Of a stretch of 64,000 nt of DNA, positions 36,893 to 44,615 are shown one piece after another; position 1 is the stretch's first letter, and each line of letters opens with the position of its first letter. The stretch spans positions 14,202 through 78,201 of the forward strand of contig DATFYE010000113.1 of assembly GCA_035315185.1 (NCBI GenBank). The letters run 5' to 3'. The stretch is from Syntrophorhabdales bacterium. GTDB taxonomy: Bacteria > Desulfobacterota > Syntrophorhabdia > Syntrophorhabdales > WCHB1-27. The position numbers and the translations under genes were made by a program. A model generated the notes under the pieces. The model was not told the origin of the DNA. It searched no databases and saw nothing but the letters and a program-made list of their open reading frames with translations.

Positions 36893-37134
36893 CTCCTGCC
36901 GATTAACCTTCATTCACACTGATAGAGGTTCCGGGAATCCACCGGGTGCCTGCCTCCGGGTGTGAACCTCCTTGCCGCGACTCTGTTCATCGTACTTTCA
37001 GGTGTGATATACTCCACGCACACACTTCAAAACGATGGAAGAGATATGATCATTCAATACGCGTGGCTTGAGGATATTCAATGAATCGAATCTTCGGGAC
37101 TGAGAGGCGTGACAAGCCAAGGTGGTAGCATAGC

Positions 37135-37764
37135 GTGAAAAAGGTGATCTCATTTGATCTTGACGGAACGCTCGTCCAGGGAAAATTCGGCGACATGGTG
37201 TGGCATCACGGTATCCCGGGCAAATACGCCGAAAAGTATGGTGTACGCTTCGAAGATGCACAGAGGCTCATACTCAGAGAGTATGAAATCATAGGTGATG
37301 CAAACTTGCTGTGGTACGACGTGGAATACTGGATCGCCAAGTTTGGGTTACCAGTATCCGCGCATGAGTTACTGGACGCCTATGTTAACCACATAGAGGT
37401 AACCCCCCACGCACTTGAAGTCTTACACGACCTAAAAGCCCGCTACAGGCTTGTGCTAGCATCAAATGCTTCCAGGGTATTCGTAGAGAAAGAGATCGCG
37501 CATGCAGGGCTCACTGACTACTTTGAATACATTGTCTCAGCAACCTCCGACCTCGGCATGGTCAAGAAAGAAGAGCGATTCTATCACGGGCTGGCAACCA
37601 GCCTCGGGGTTTCGCCCGGGGATATCACTCACGTGGGTGATCACCCGGTTTTTGATTACGAGGTACCTCGCTCCCTCGGTATTGAATGCTACCATTACAA
37701 TCCGTCCGGCAAGAGCAATGGCAATGTGATTAATGACCTGCGGGAGCTTCTGAGAAGACTGTGA
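37135..37764 (+). CDS. HAD-superfamily hydrolase
   Basis: Motif I ISFDLDGTLV, motif II LASNAS, motif IV HVGDHPVFD. Confidence 0.8.
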   Translation: MKKVISFDLDGTLVQGKFGDMVWHHGIPGKYAEKYGVRFEDAQRLILREYEIIGDANLLWYDVEYWIAKFGLPVSAHELLDAYVNHIEVTPHALEVLHDLKARYRLVLASNASRVFVEKEIAHAGLTDYFEYIVSATSDLGMVKKEERFYHGLATSLGVSPGDITHVGDHPVFDYEVPRSLGIECYHYNPSGKSNGNVINDLRELLRRL

Positions 37765-37913
37765 GAGCGTGAGTGGCAAGTGTGTAGTGTATGGTGCATA
37801 GAGCATAGTGCTTAGTGAATGCTACCTGGTGAATTGATAGGACTATGCGTTGGTTGGGTTTCCCACCAAACACTATACACTAAGCACTATACACTGCTCT
37901 CGGGGTGTGAGAC

Positions 37914-38228
37914 ATGAAAACGTGCTACAAGTGCGGGACAACCATTGAGTTAGAGAAGGTTTCACGAAGGGATGAATGCCCGAAATGCGGTTCTGACCTT
38001 CGCGCCTGTTTGAACTGCGCGTTCTACGCAGAGTCCAAGTCTAATGCCTGTATGGAGTCACAAGCTGAGCCCGTGAAAGAAAAGGACAGAGCAAATTATT
38101 GCGATTTCTTCCGCTTCAAGGAGATTGCGACCGGTCACCCCCGCGCGGGTGCCCCAGCAACGCAACAAACAAAGTCTGGGAAGGCAGAAGCTGAGAAGCT
38201 CTGGAATGAGCTCTTCAAGAAGCGCTAG
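37914..38228 (+). CDS. Zinc-ribbon/Cys-rich hypothetical protein
   Basis: CYKCG...CPKCG...CLNC...C...YCDFF. Confidence 0.55.
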   Translation: MKTCYKCGTTIELEKVSRRDECPKCGSDLRACLNCAFYAESKSNACMESQAEPVKEKDRANYCDFFRFKEIATGHPRAGAPATQQTKSGKAEAEKLWNELFKKR

Positions 38229-38626
38229 TTCTCTTTGCTATCTCTGGCCTTTGTGTAAATAATTCTGTAACGCTCCCTGTCAACATCGAAACACGCTGTA
38301 CAGCCTCTTTCTTCACAATCCGCACTTTTCATCTCCTCCTCTGTGGGCAGGGGCTCCAGGAGCACATCGAACCCTATAGACTCATAAAGCTCGACCGCCT
38401 CCTGTAGCCTCGGCTCCGTCGCAATAAACCTTCTCTCCCAGCCCTCCGTAACGAGTTCTTCCTCTCTTTTCGTCACAGCCCCACAGTATACACAATTGCA
38501 CGGGGGCGCCTCAAGGACAGAAGCCGATCGCTGCGCTTGAGGATCGCCGATAAGCCGGCTTAAGGACCGGGCCGGTAGCCCTCGAGGAGCGGCTTTCAGC
38601 CTTGAGGTAACTGCCTTCAGCCTCAA
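38225..38626 (-). CDS. Cys-containing hypothetical protein (N-terminal extent uncertain)
   Basis: The conserved-looking part is CNCVYCG...GWERRFIATEPRLQEAVELYESIGFDV...CTACFD. The annotated N-terminal ~35 codons run through the hairpin-repeat cluster and may not be coding. Confidence 0.45.
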   Translation of the reverse strand: MRLKAVTSRLKAAPRGLPARSLSRLIGDPQAQRSASVLEAPPCNCVYCGAVTKREEELVTEGWERRFIATEPRLQEAVELYESIGFDVLLEPLPTEEEMKSADCEERGCTACFDVDRERYRIIYTKARDSKEN

Positions 38627-38712
38627 GTCGCAGGATGCGACGCTCCTTGAGGAAACGAAGTTTCCGCTCCTTAAGGCTCATCAGAGCCGGTCCTCAAGCG
38701 AAGCGCTCGGTT
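38529..38712. repeat. Hairpin-rich CTYRAGG repeat cluster, copy R1
   Basis: Multiple CTTGAGG/CTCGAGG/CTTAAGG/CCTCAAG motifs plus the perfect hairpin GGAAACGAAGTTTCC (38651-38665). It shares exact 15-nt (CGCTGCGCTTGAGGA) and 17-nt (AGGAAACGAAGTTTCCG) strings with 42297-42497. Confidence 0.7.
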
Positions 38713-38834
38713 CAGAACGATTTTATCTGCCCCCCCTAAAGTTTACCGCATATTCCTCCGAAAATAGACAGGACAGTAAATACAACTGACAACGTTTCAT
38801 CTACGGACAACACAAAAGAAGAGGGGGATTCCAC

Positions 38835-39044
38835 GTGACAAGCGGTAGCAGCGTGCATATTGAAGCTAGTGGTAGCCTGATTGCTAATCCGCCCGGACGT
38901 GCCGCCCATAAGGAAAGGGCTCATGGTTCGGCAGCTCTCAGTTTCGGCACGGACCTTTCTTTAATTGCACTGCTCGCTCGAGCAGGACTTCTATCACCTC
39001 TCGTCTTCCGAGTCTGGTGTTACGTGCGACCGTTCCTGCAGTGA
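38835..39044 (+). CDS. Candidate 69-aa ORF translationally coupled to the S24/S26-like peptidase
   Basis: GTG start 7 nt after a GAGGGGGA RBS. The stop TGA (39042-39044) overlaps the ATG (39044) of the peptidase gene. The C-terminal segment is hydrophobic. Confidence 0.3.
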   Translation: MTSGSSVHIEASGSLIANPPGRAAHKERAHGSAALSFGTDLSLIALLARAGLLSPLVFRVWCYVRPFLQ

Positions 39045-39445
39045 TGGGACAGGCACAGCTCACCTACGTAACCTATACGGGTTCCAGTATGGAACCTATC
39101 CTCAAACCCGGAGATCTCCTCCAGGTTCTCGCTTACTCAGGCAGCCCAGTCAGGCGCGGGGATGTTATTTTCTATTCATGTCCCTCAAAGAGCTGCAACG
39201 TCGTGCACCGCGTGACAGATTTTGATACTCGCGGAATCAGGACAAGGGGAGACAGCAATGCACGTATTGACCCGTGGGTTGTAAGCCCTAAGCAGGTCGT
39301 CGGGTACGTTGCGCATGCGCAACGCGGCTGTCGATGGCGGCTAATCTCAGGTGGGCTCGTGGGGCACTTTGTGGCAAACCTCCTGCACGCTGTTAAGCAT
39401 TTCAGCCTCTTCTTCTCAGGCGCACTCTATCCTCTCTATCGTTGA
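39044..39445 (+). CDS. S24/S26-family (signal-peptidase-I-like) serine peptidase, copy 1
   Basis: GSSMEPILKPGDLL...RRGDVIFY...VVHRV...TRGDSN..D.. The GTG at 39017 is an alternative start. Confidence 0.7.
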   Translation: MGQAQLTYVTYTGSSMEPILKPGDLLQVLAYSGSPVRRGDVIFYSCPSKSCNVVHRVTDFDTRGIRTRGDSNARIDPWVVSPKQVVGYVAHAQRGCRWRLISGGLVGHFVANLLHAVKHFSLFFSGALYPLYR

Positions 39446-40621
39446 ATTACATAGGCCACTCCTGCCGTGCGGGAAGATGCTCTTCCTCTGTGCCTCTTCA
39501 CAGTACCAGAAGCCTGCCCAGAGATTTTTGCTCCGGTAATAGTTCTGAGCCACGCAACTCCCCAGGCAGATGCTTTTCATCAGGCAGTCGCCGCAGATAC
39601 CTTCAAACCGATGGGGCAGGCCGTCGCGCAGCTCGTTGAGCACGGATGAATCACGCCAGACGTCTTCCAGCCGGTCCGTCGACGCATGGCCGAAAACGAG
39701 CTCAGGTACGCTCTCCCCGATCCCACAGAGCGCGTATGAACCATTGGCGAGCACGCCCAAGATACCCAGAATCCCGCAGACACCGCAGCCCTGCTGCTCG
39801 CCGAACATCTTGCTCATAGGCTTGAAGGCAGCAGGGTGGCTGTAGAAGAGTTTCAGGTGTGTGGACGCAGAGAGTGTTTTTTCGACCCACGCACCCAGCT
39901 CCACCAGTTCATCGATGGTGAGGGCTTCTCCCTGCTCGTGCATCTTCTCCCCTCTGGCGGTGGGCTGCACAAGGTTGAACTTAACAGAGCCCGCGCCCAC
40001 GGATTCTGCAAGGCGCACCACAGCCCCCATCTGGTCTTTGTTGCGACGTACGATGCTCATGATCACCTGCGGTCTGAAACCTGCAGACACGAGATTTTGG
40101 ATGCCCTGGAGTGCCGCCTCAAATGAACCGTTCACACCGCGCATCCACTCGTGGGTCGCAGCATCCGCCCCATCGATACTGACGGAGACGAATGTGTTCT
40201 TGCAGGACTTCAGTTCCTGAGCCAGCTCGGGTGTGCAGAGGACTCCATTCGTTTCGACCGTGAGTCCCAAATCTTCTCTTCGCACAATACCCAGTAGCTC
40301 CCGTATGTGCGGGTGCAGCAGCGGCTCACCACCCGTCAGCTTCACACCGGTAAGGCCAAGAAGCTTCGCCTGCTTAATAATCGACTCGAAGAGATCCACA
40401 GGGAGCGCCGGGTAGCTCTTTCCTCCTCCCTGGAATTTCGGCGCTATCCAGCAGTGACGGCAGGCAAGGTTGCAACCTTCGGTGAGATAGAAATAGATGC
40501 AGTTGAGATGGTACCGAACTGCACAGACGTCGGAAGTAACCTGTTGAATTGGTTCGATTCGTTCAGCGAGTTCGATTGGTTCGATTGGTTTCATTGGCTC
40601 GATTAGTTCGGCTGGTCTCAT
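39416..40621 (-). CDS. Radical SAM/SPASM-domain peptide-maturase-like enzyme
   Basis: CNLACRHCW (CX3CX2C). C-terminal SPASM Cys clusters (GCGVCG...YALCG...ICGDCLMKSICLGSC). The N-terminal (E-P-I)n tail is encoded by the 9-bp repeat tract. Confidence 0.85.
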   Translation of the reverse strand: MRPAELIEPMKPIEPIELAERIEPIQQVTSDVCAVRYHLNCIYFYLTEGCNLACRHCWIAPKFQGGGKSYPALPVDLFESIIKQAKLLGLTGVKLTGGEPLLHPHIRELLGIVRREDLGLTVETNGVLCTPELAQELKSCKNTFVSVSIDGADAATHEWMRGVNGSFEAALQGIQNLVSAGFRPQVIMSIVRRNKDQMGAVVRLAESVGAGSVKFNLVQPTARGEKMHEQGEALTIDELVELGAWVEKTLSASTHLKLFYSHPAAFKPMSKMFGEQQGCGVCGILGILGVLANGSYALCGIGESVPELVFGHASTDRLEDVWRDSSVLNELRDGLPHRFEGICGDCLMKSICLGSCVAQNYYRSKNLWAGFWYCEEAQRKSIFPHGRSGLCNSTIERIECA

Positions 40622-40626
40622 TGGTT
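40546..40626. repeat. Tandem 9-bp-periodic tract (ATTGGTTNN x9), left flank of the four-helix-bundle gene
   Basis: gaattggtt cgattcgtt cagcgagtt cgattggtt cgattggtt tcattggct cgattagtt cggctggtc tcattggtt. Confidence 0.8.
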
Positions 40627-41016
40627 CCCCTTCGAATCTTGATTCAATTTTGATGTCTTGTTGAGATACGGAATAAAGTTATTGACCTTCTTCCAGGCAA
40701 GATTGGCCTGCTCTGTCACTTCGCTCATCTCGGGTTCATCTACGTATTTCTGGTCCAGCGCAACACAACAGTGGCTCACCGTTTCAACAATGGAAGCCCG
40801 AGAATAATCCAGAAACTTCATAAACTCTCTCGTGCTAGCACGATGGAAGCCCTCTGCTATGTTGGCCATGGCCGATACCGCGCTTCGTTTAATCTGTCCA
40901 ACAAGCTCATAGTCCGTTCTAAATCGGTCATTTCTTGTAATCCCATATATCAGCCTCACAAACTTCCTTGCATCCTTCCAGCACTCCAAATCCTCAAATC
41001 GTCTTGCGGTCGCCAT
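40618..41016 (-). CDS. Four-helix-bundle protein (23S rRNA intervening-sequence protein / Avd-like family)
   Basis: MATARRFEDLECWKDARKFVRLIY...QIKRSAVSAMANIAEGF.R.S..EF..FL.YSRAS..E is the classic signature of this family. Start reassigned to M14. Confidence 0.8.
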   Translation of the reverse strand: MATARRFEDLECWKDARKFVRLIYGITRNDRFRTDYELVGQIKRSAVSAMANIAEGFHRASTREFMKFLDYSRASIVETVSHCCVALDQKYVDEPEMSEVTEQANLAWKKVNNFIPYLNKTSKLNQDSKGNQ

Positions 41017-41042
41017 CGGCCAGCCTTTACCATCTCCGCTCT

Positions 41043-41105
41043 TCGACCACCCCAACCAACTGAACCAATAGAACTAATTCAACCAATCAAACTAACGGAA
41101 CCAGT
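41043..41105. repeat. 9-bp-periodic tract in inverted orientation (NNAACCAAT x~7), right flank of the four-helix-bundle gene
   Basis: ccaaccaac tgaaccaat agaactaat tcaaccaat caaactaac ggaaccagt. Confidence 0.75.
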
Positions 41106-41113
41106 CTCGATTT

Positions 41114-42229
41114 TTACGCGCAGCATGCGCAGTTGACCGCCGCCGGCAGTCTTCCCCCTTCTCCCAGGAACTTCCTGAGACAGGCATCCGGCGCAGGATG
41201 GTAGACGCTGCCGGTGATCGTGTAAGCCAGAGCAGGGCAGCTGCCCGTGCAGTAGTTCATGTACGCGCAGTCCTCGCAGAACTCAAAGCTGGAGAGCGGG
41301 ATGGTGCGGCGCTCTCTGAGCCGGTTCAACTCGGGGTGGTTTTGCCAGATATCGCGGAGATCATTCTGGTTTATGCGGCCCAGCACCATATGAGGTATTT
41401 GAGCACAAGGCACGATGGCCCCGTCAGCACGCACCGCGATCTGGTTCATGGGTCCACCGCAGCCGGTAAGAAAGCCGCGGCCCGACATCTCGCGCCCTTC
41501 CTTACGCGCCTGCTCCATTTCCAGCCATCCCCTTCCTTCGGCCAGAGGGCCGGCCGCCGCACTGATCCGGCCGTTATACTTGGCGGTCAGTCGCAGCAGT
41601 GTTTCCATGGCCAGGAACCGTTCCTCGGCTGTGAGCTGGACTATCTCGGCATTCTTCCGACAGAGGCCGAGGTGGGACGCGGAATTGGTGGAAAAACCCG
41701 ACAGACCGACTTCTTCGAGCAGGAGGCGCGAGACGTTCTCAAGGTCACGCACGTTCTTGCGATGGATCGTCACCCGCACCGTGACCGGCAGGTTGTAGCG
41801 CTGGAGGTGCTTTATACCATTCATGGCTTTCCGGAAGCTGCCCCTGCCCCGGCAGGCATCATGGGTTATCGGTACGGAGCCGTCAATTGAGACCTGGACA
41901 CTGTCGCACCGCTTCGTCGACGCGAGAAATGCTGCCATATCGTCAGTGATTAACGTGCCGTTGCTCAGGATCTTGAATCGCATGCGATTACGGACGATGC
42001 CTCCTATGAGTTCTTTCAGATCTTCCCGGATGAAAGGCTCACCGCCACACAGTGTCACATCCATGACAGCACAGCGGCCCAACTCCTCGAAAAAGGTGAG
42101 CCATGCCTCAGTGGGAAGGTCGGTCCCCACATCGCCCGCGCTCGAGAAATGGCTGCAGTACTTGCAGCGGAGGTTGCACCGGTCGGTTATGTCAATGTCC
42201 ATCGATTTCGGGGTTCTCATCAGCTGCAT
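41114..42229 (-). CDS. Radical SAM/SPASM-domain peptide-maturase-like enzyme
   Basis: DRCNLRCKYC (CX3CX2C). SPASM region GCGGPMNQIAVRADGAIVPC...FCEDCAYMNYCTGSC. GGAGG RBS. Confidence 0.85.
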   Translation of the reverse strand: MQLMRTPKSMDIDITDRCNLRCKYCSHFSSAGDVGTDLPTEAWLTFFEELGRCAVMDVTLCGGEPFIREDLKELIGGIVRNRMRFKILSNGTLITDDMAAFLASTKRCDSVQVSIDGSVPITHDACRGRGSFRKAMNGIKHLQRYNLPVTVRVTIHRKNVRDLENVSRLLLEEVGLSGFSTNSASHLGLCRKNAEIVQLTAEERFLAMETLLRLTAKYNGRISAAAGPLAEGRGWLEMEQARKEGREMSGRGFLTGCGGPMNQIAVRADGAIVPCAQIPHMVLGRINQNDLRDIWQNHPELNRLRERRTIPLSSFEFCEDCAYMNYCTGSCPALAYTITGSVYHPAPDACLRKFLGEGGRLPAAVNCACCA

Positions 42230-42296
42230 AGTTTACCTCCGTGAAATGAGACCGCAGTGCTTGATTGGGGACCGCCGGCAGAGCCGGCTCGAGGAG

Positions 42297-42497
42297 CGCT
42301 GCGCTTGAGGACTACTTCTTTTGAGGATAGACTAATCACTTCAGCATTCATTCGCATCTCCCAAAAATACCCATTTATGTGCTTCACTCTCTTGCCTCAA
42401 GCCGCCGAAGGCAGCGGCCCTCAAGGGAGCACGGCTCCCGATCCTGAAGGCCTTCTCGAGGCCGCTCCTCAAGGAAACGAAGTTTCCGGTCTTTGCA
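42297..42497. repeat. Hairpin-rich CTYRAGG repeat cluster, copy R2
   Basis: Same motif family and the same two exact strings as R1, in the same order. Hairpin GGAAACGAAGTTTCC at 42473-42487. Confidence 0.7.
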
Positions 42498-42589
42498 CCG
42501 CCTGCCGCCTTTAGTGCCTCTTTGCAATCACCATACCAAGGGATAGTCACGCAGTAAGTGGCACAGCACGTGCATGGTATGAAAGGATT

Positions 42590-44461
42590 ATGAGGACATG
42601 GCTCTCTTATGTCAAGCAAGCGTTTTCAAGGGAAATACCTGCTGATGAAATATCAAGCGCGGAAGAGCTACCTACCGATATCCGGCGCAACCTGAGGCAT
42701 ATCTATCCCTTTATCCGCCGTCATTGGCAAAAAGGCCTCCTCGGCGCCGGATTGATTTTCGTGGGGACACTGCTTAGTTTTCCGCAACCCCTTATCTCCC
42801 GGTATCTCGTTGATACGGTCATCGGGGGGCGCCGGCTCAATCTCCTGGCCGGGGTAATTCTCCTCATGGTCGCCATTTCGGGATGCTCAAAACTCTGCGG
42901 CCTCCTGCAGCAATTCTACGTCGCCCGCTTTGAGCAGATGGTTACCATGGATATACAGGAGAGCCTGCTCGGCCACGTCCTGCGTCTTCCCAAGGCCTTT
43001 TTCGATAGTAAGGAGACAGGGTACCTCATGTCGCGGATATCTTCCGACGTGGGCGGTCTCCAGTGGTTCTTCTCCAGCACCATCGTGCACATCGTCACCA
43101 ATGTTCTGAGATTCGCGGGCGGGATCTGGTTCCTGGTTTACCTGGAATGGCGGCTTGCCGTGGCAGCGGTTATCGTCCTGCCGGGACTCGTCTTCATGAT
43201 CCGTTATTTTTCTGGTAGATTGCGTGTCATGAGCCATTGGCTCATGGAACAGCACGCCCAGGTTCACAGCCGCTTTCAGGAATGTCTGTCGTCGGTGCCG
43301 CTCATCAAGGCCTTCTCCACAGAAGATCGGGAGGTGTCCACCGTTGTTTCGGGCATGCGAAGAATCGTCAATCTTTCACTCGAACAGTCGACCGTGAACT
43401 CGATCGCAGGCCTGGCCATAGGCTCCATGCCCAGCGTGGTGAATCTTTCGGTCCTGGTGATCGGCGCCTATTGGGTGATAACCGGCCACTGGACCCTCGG
43501 CTCGCTCTTTGCCTTTCAAGGTTACCTCGGGTACGTGTTCGGCCCGGCCCAGTTCCTTGCTTCGGCCAATTTAGGGCTCCAGGGCGCCAGGGCATCGCTG
43601 GAGCGTGTCTCGGCCCTTTTCGACCTTGTCCCGGAGGAGAATACGGGCAAAGGCCTGATAATCGATCGTCTGCAAGGCGACATCGAGTTTCGGAACGTCT
43701 CCTTCTCCTATGATGCGCATAACCCTGTGCTTGAAAACGTTTCCTTTCGCGTCAGACAGGGAGAACGCGTGGCCATCGTGGGTCCCAGCGGAGTTGGTAA
43801 GACAACCCTGGTGAGCCTCCTCCTCCGGTTCTACCGGCCGACCTCGGGAGAAGTCTATCTCGACGGCATACCCGCCAGCGATATCGAGGTCAGGGCCCTA
43901 CGCCGGCGCATCGGTTACGTGTCACAGGGTACCTTACTCCTGTCGGGAACCGTTATGGAGAACTTACGGTATGGTAACCAGGAGGCGACGGATGAAGAAG
44001 TCATACAGGCTGCAGAGGCCGCGAACATTCATGACTTTATCGTGAGCCTCCCGGAAGGTTACGACACGGAGATCGGACAAAACGGAGTCAGTCTCTCCGA
44101 GGGGCAGCGTCAGCGCCTCTCCATCGCGCGAGCACTGATCAAGCGTCCCGATATCCTGGTTCTTGACGAGCCCTCATCCGCGCTCGACAATCTGACTGAA
44201 AAATCGATATTCCGTTCATTGCCTTTTCTGGTGCGGAATAAGACCCTCTTTGTGGTGGCCCACCGGCTTTCCACGATTGAGGATTCGGATCGGATCCTGC
44301 TCCTGAACGAATGCCGTCTCGTCGCCGTCGGTACCCATCAGTCGCTCCTGGAGGCGAATGCTTACTACAGGTCGCTCTACGGGAACCAACAAGGGGGCAT
44401 CAGGAGCGCGGACCTTGAAGAGCGGGCTCCGCGCTTGAAGACCATCAACCCCCTGGGTTGA
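42590..44461 (+). CDS. ABC exporter, fused permease/ATPase (MsbA-type), with no C39 peptidase domain
   Basis: Six-TM N-terminal half. Walker A GPSGVGKTT, signature LSEGQRQRL, Walker B ILVLDEPSSALD. Confidence 0.9.
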   Translation: MRTWLSYVKQAFSREIPADEISSAEELPTDIRRNLRHIYPFIRRHWQKGLLGAGLIFVGTLLSFPQPLISRYLVDTVIGGRRLNLLAGVILLMVAISGCSKLCGLLQQFYVARFEQMVTMDIQESLLGHVLRLPKAFFDSKETGYLMSRISSDVGGLQWFFSSTIVHIVTNVLRFAGGIWFLVYLEWRLAVAAVIVLPGLVFMIRYFSGRLRVMSHWLMEQHAQVHSRFQECLSSVPLIKAFSTEDREVSTVVSGMRRIVNLSLEQSTVNSIAGLAIGSMPSVVNLSVLVIGAYWVITGHWTLGSLFAFQGYLGYVFGPAQFLASANLGLQGARASLERVSALFDLVPEENTGKGLIIDRLQGDIEFRNVSFSYDAHNPVLENVSFRVRQGERVAIVGPSGVGKTTLVSLLLRFYRPTSGEVYLDGIPASDIEVRALRRRIGYVSQGTLLLSGTVMENLRYGNQEATDEEVIQAAEAANIHDFIVSLPEGYDTEIGQNGVSLSEGQRQRLSIARALIKRPDILVLDEPSSALDNLTEKSIFRSLPFLVRNKTLFVVAHRLSTIEDSDRILLLNECRLVAVGTHQSLLEANAYYRSLYGNQQGGIRSADLEERAPRLKTINPLG

Positions 44462-44478
44462 GGTGAAAGGACTGTTGG

Positions 44479-44523
44479 ATTAGTTTGATTAGTGTCATTC
44501 GTTTAATTGGTTATATTGTTCGA
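44479..44523. repeat. Third 9-bp-periodic ATTNGTTNN tract
   Basis: attagtttg attagtgtc attcgttta attggttat attgttcga, starting 18 nt after the ABC exporter stop. Confidence 0.6.
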
Positions 44524-44615
44524 AAAGTTCTACGTCGGCCAGACCTCGTCTGCAAACAACTGGGCGGATACCCCTTGCGTGGCATGCGCCCAGTTGGGTT
44601 TTCTGCATTACCGAA

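Noticed and set aside
40618-41016. Possibility that the Avd-like four-helix-bundle gene marks a diversity-generating retroelement
   Set aside because: No reverse transcriptase gene and no template/variable repeat pair are visible anywhere in the window.
40618-41055. Longer 145-aa version of the four-helix-bundle gene, and the 40771-41136 plus-strand ORF reading QPTEPIELIQPIKLTEP
   Set aside because: Family members start near M..FEDLE.W, so M14 (41016) is preferred. The plus-strand ORF is antisense and merely translates the 9-bp repeat tract.
42341-42619. 92-aa minus-strand ORF with a Cys-rich start (CPHNPFIPCTCCATYC), upstream of an rSAM gene, considered as a precursor
   Set aside because: It has a TTG start with no RBS and overlaps the ABC exporter start on the other strand. 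Its Cys residues are N-terminal rather than in a C-terminal core. Most of its length is the translated hairpin-repeat cluster R2.
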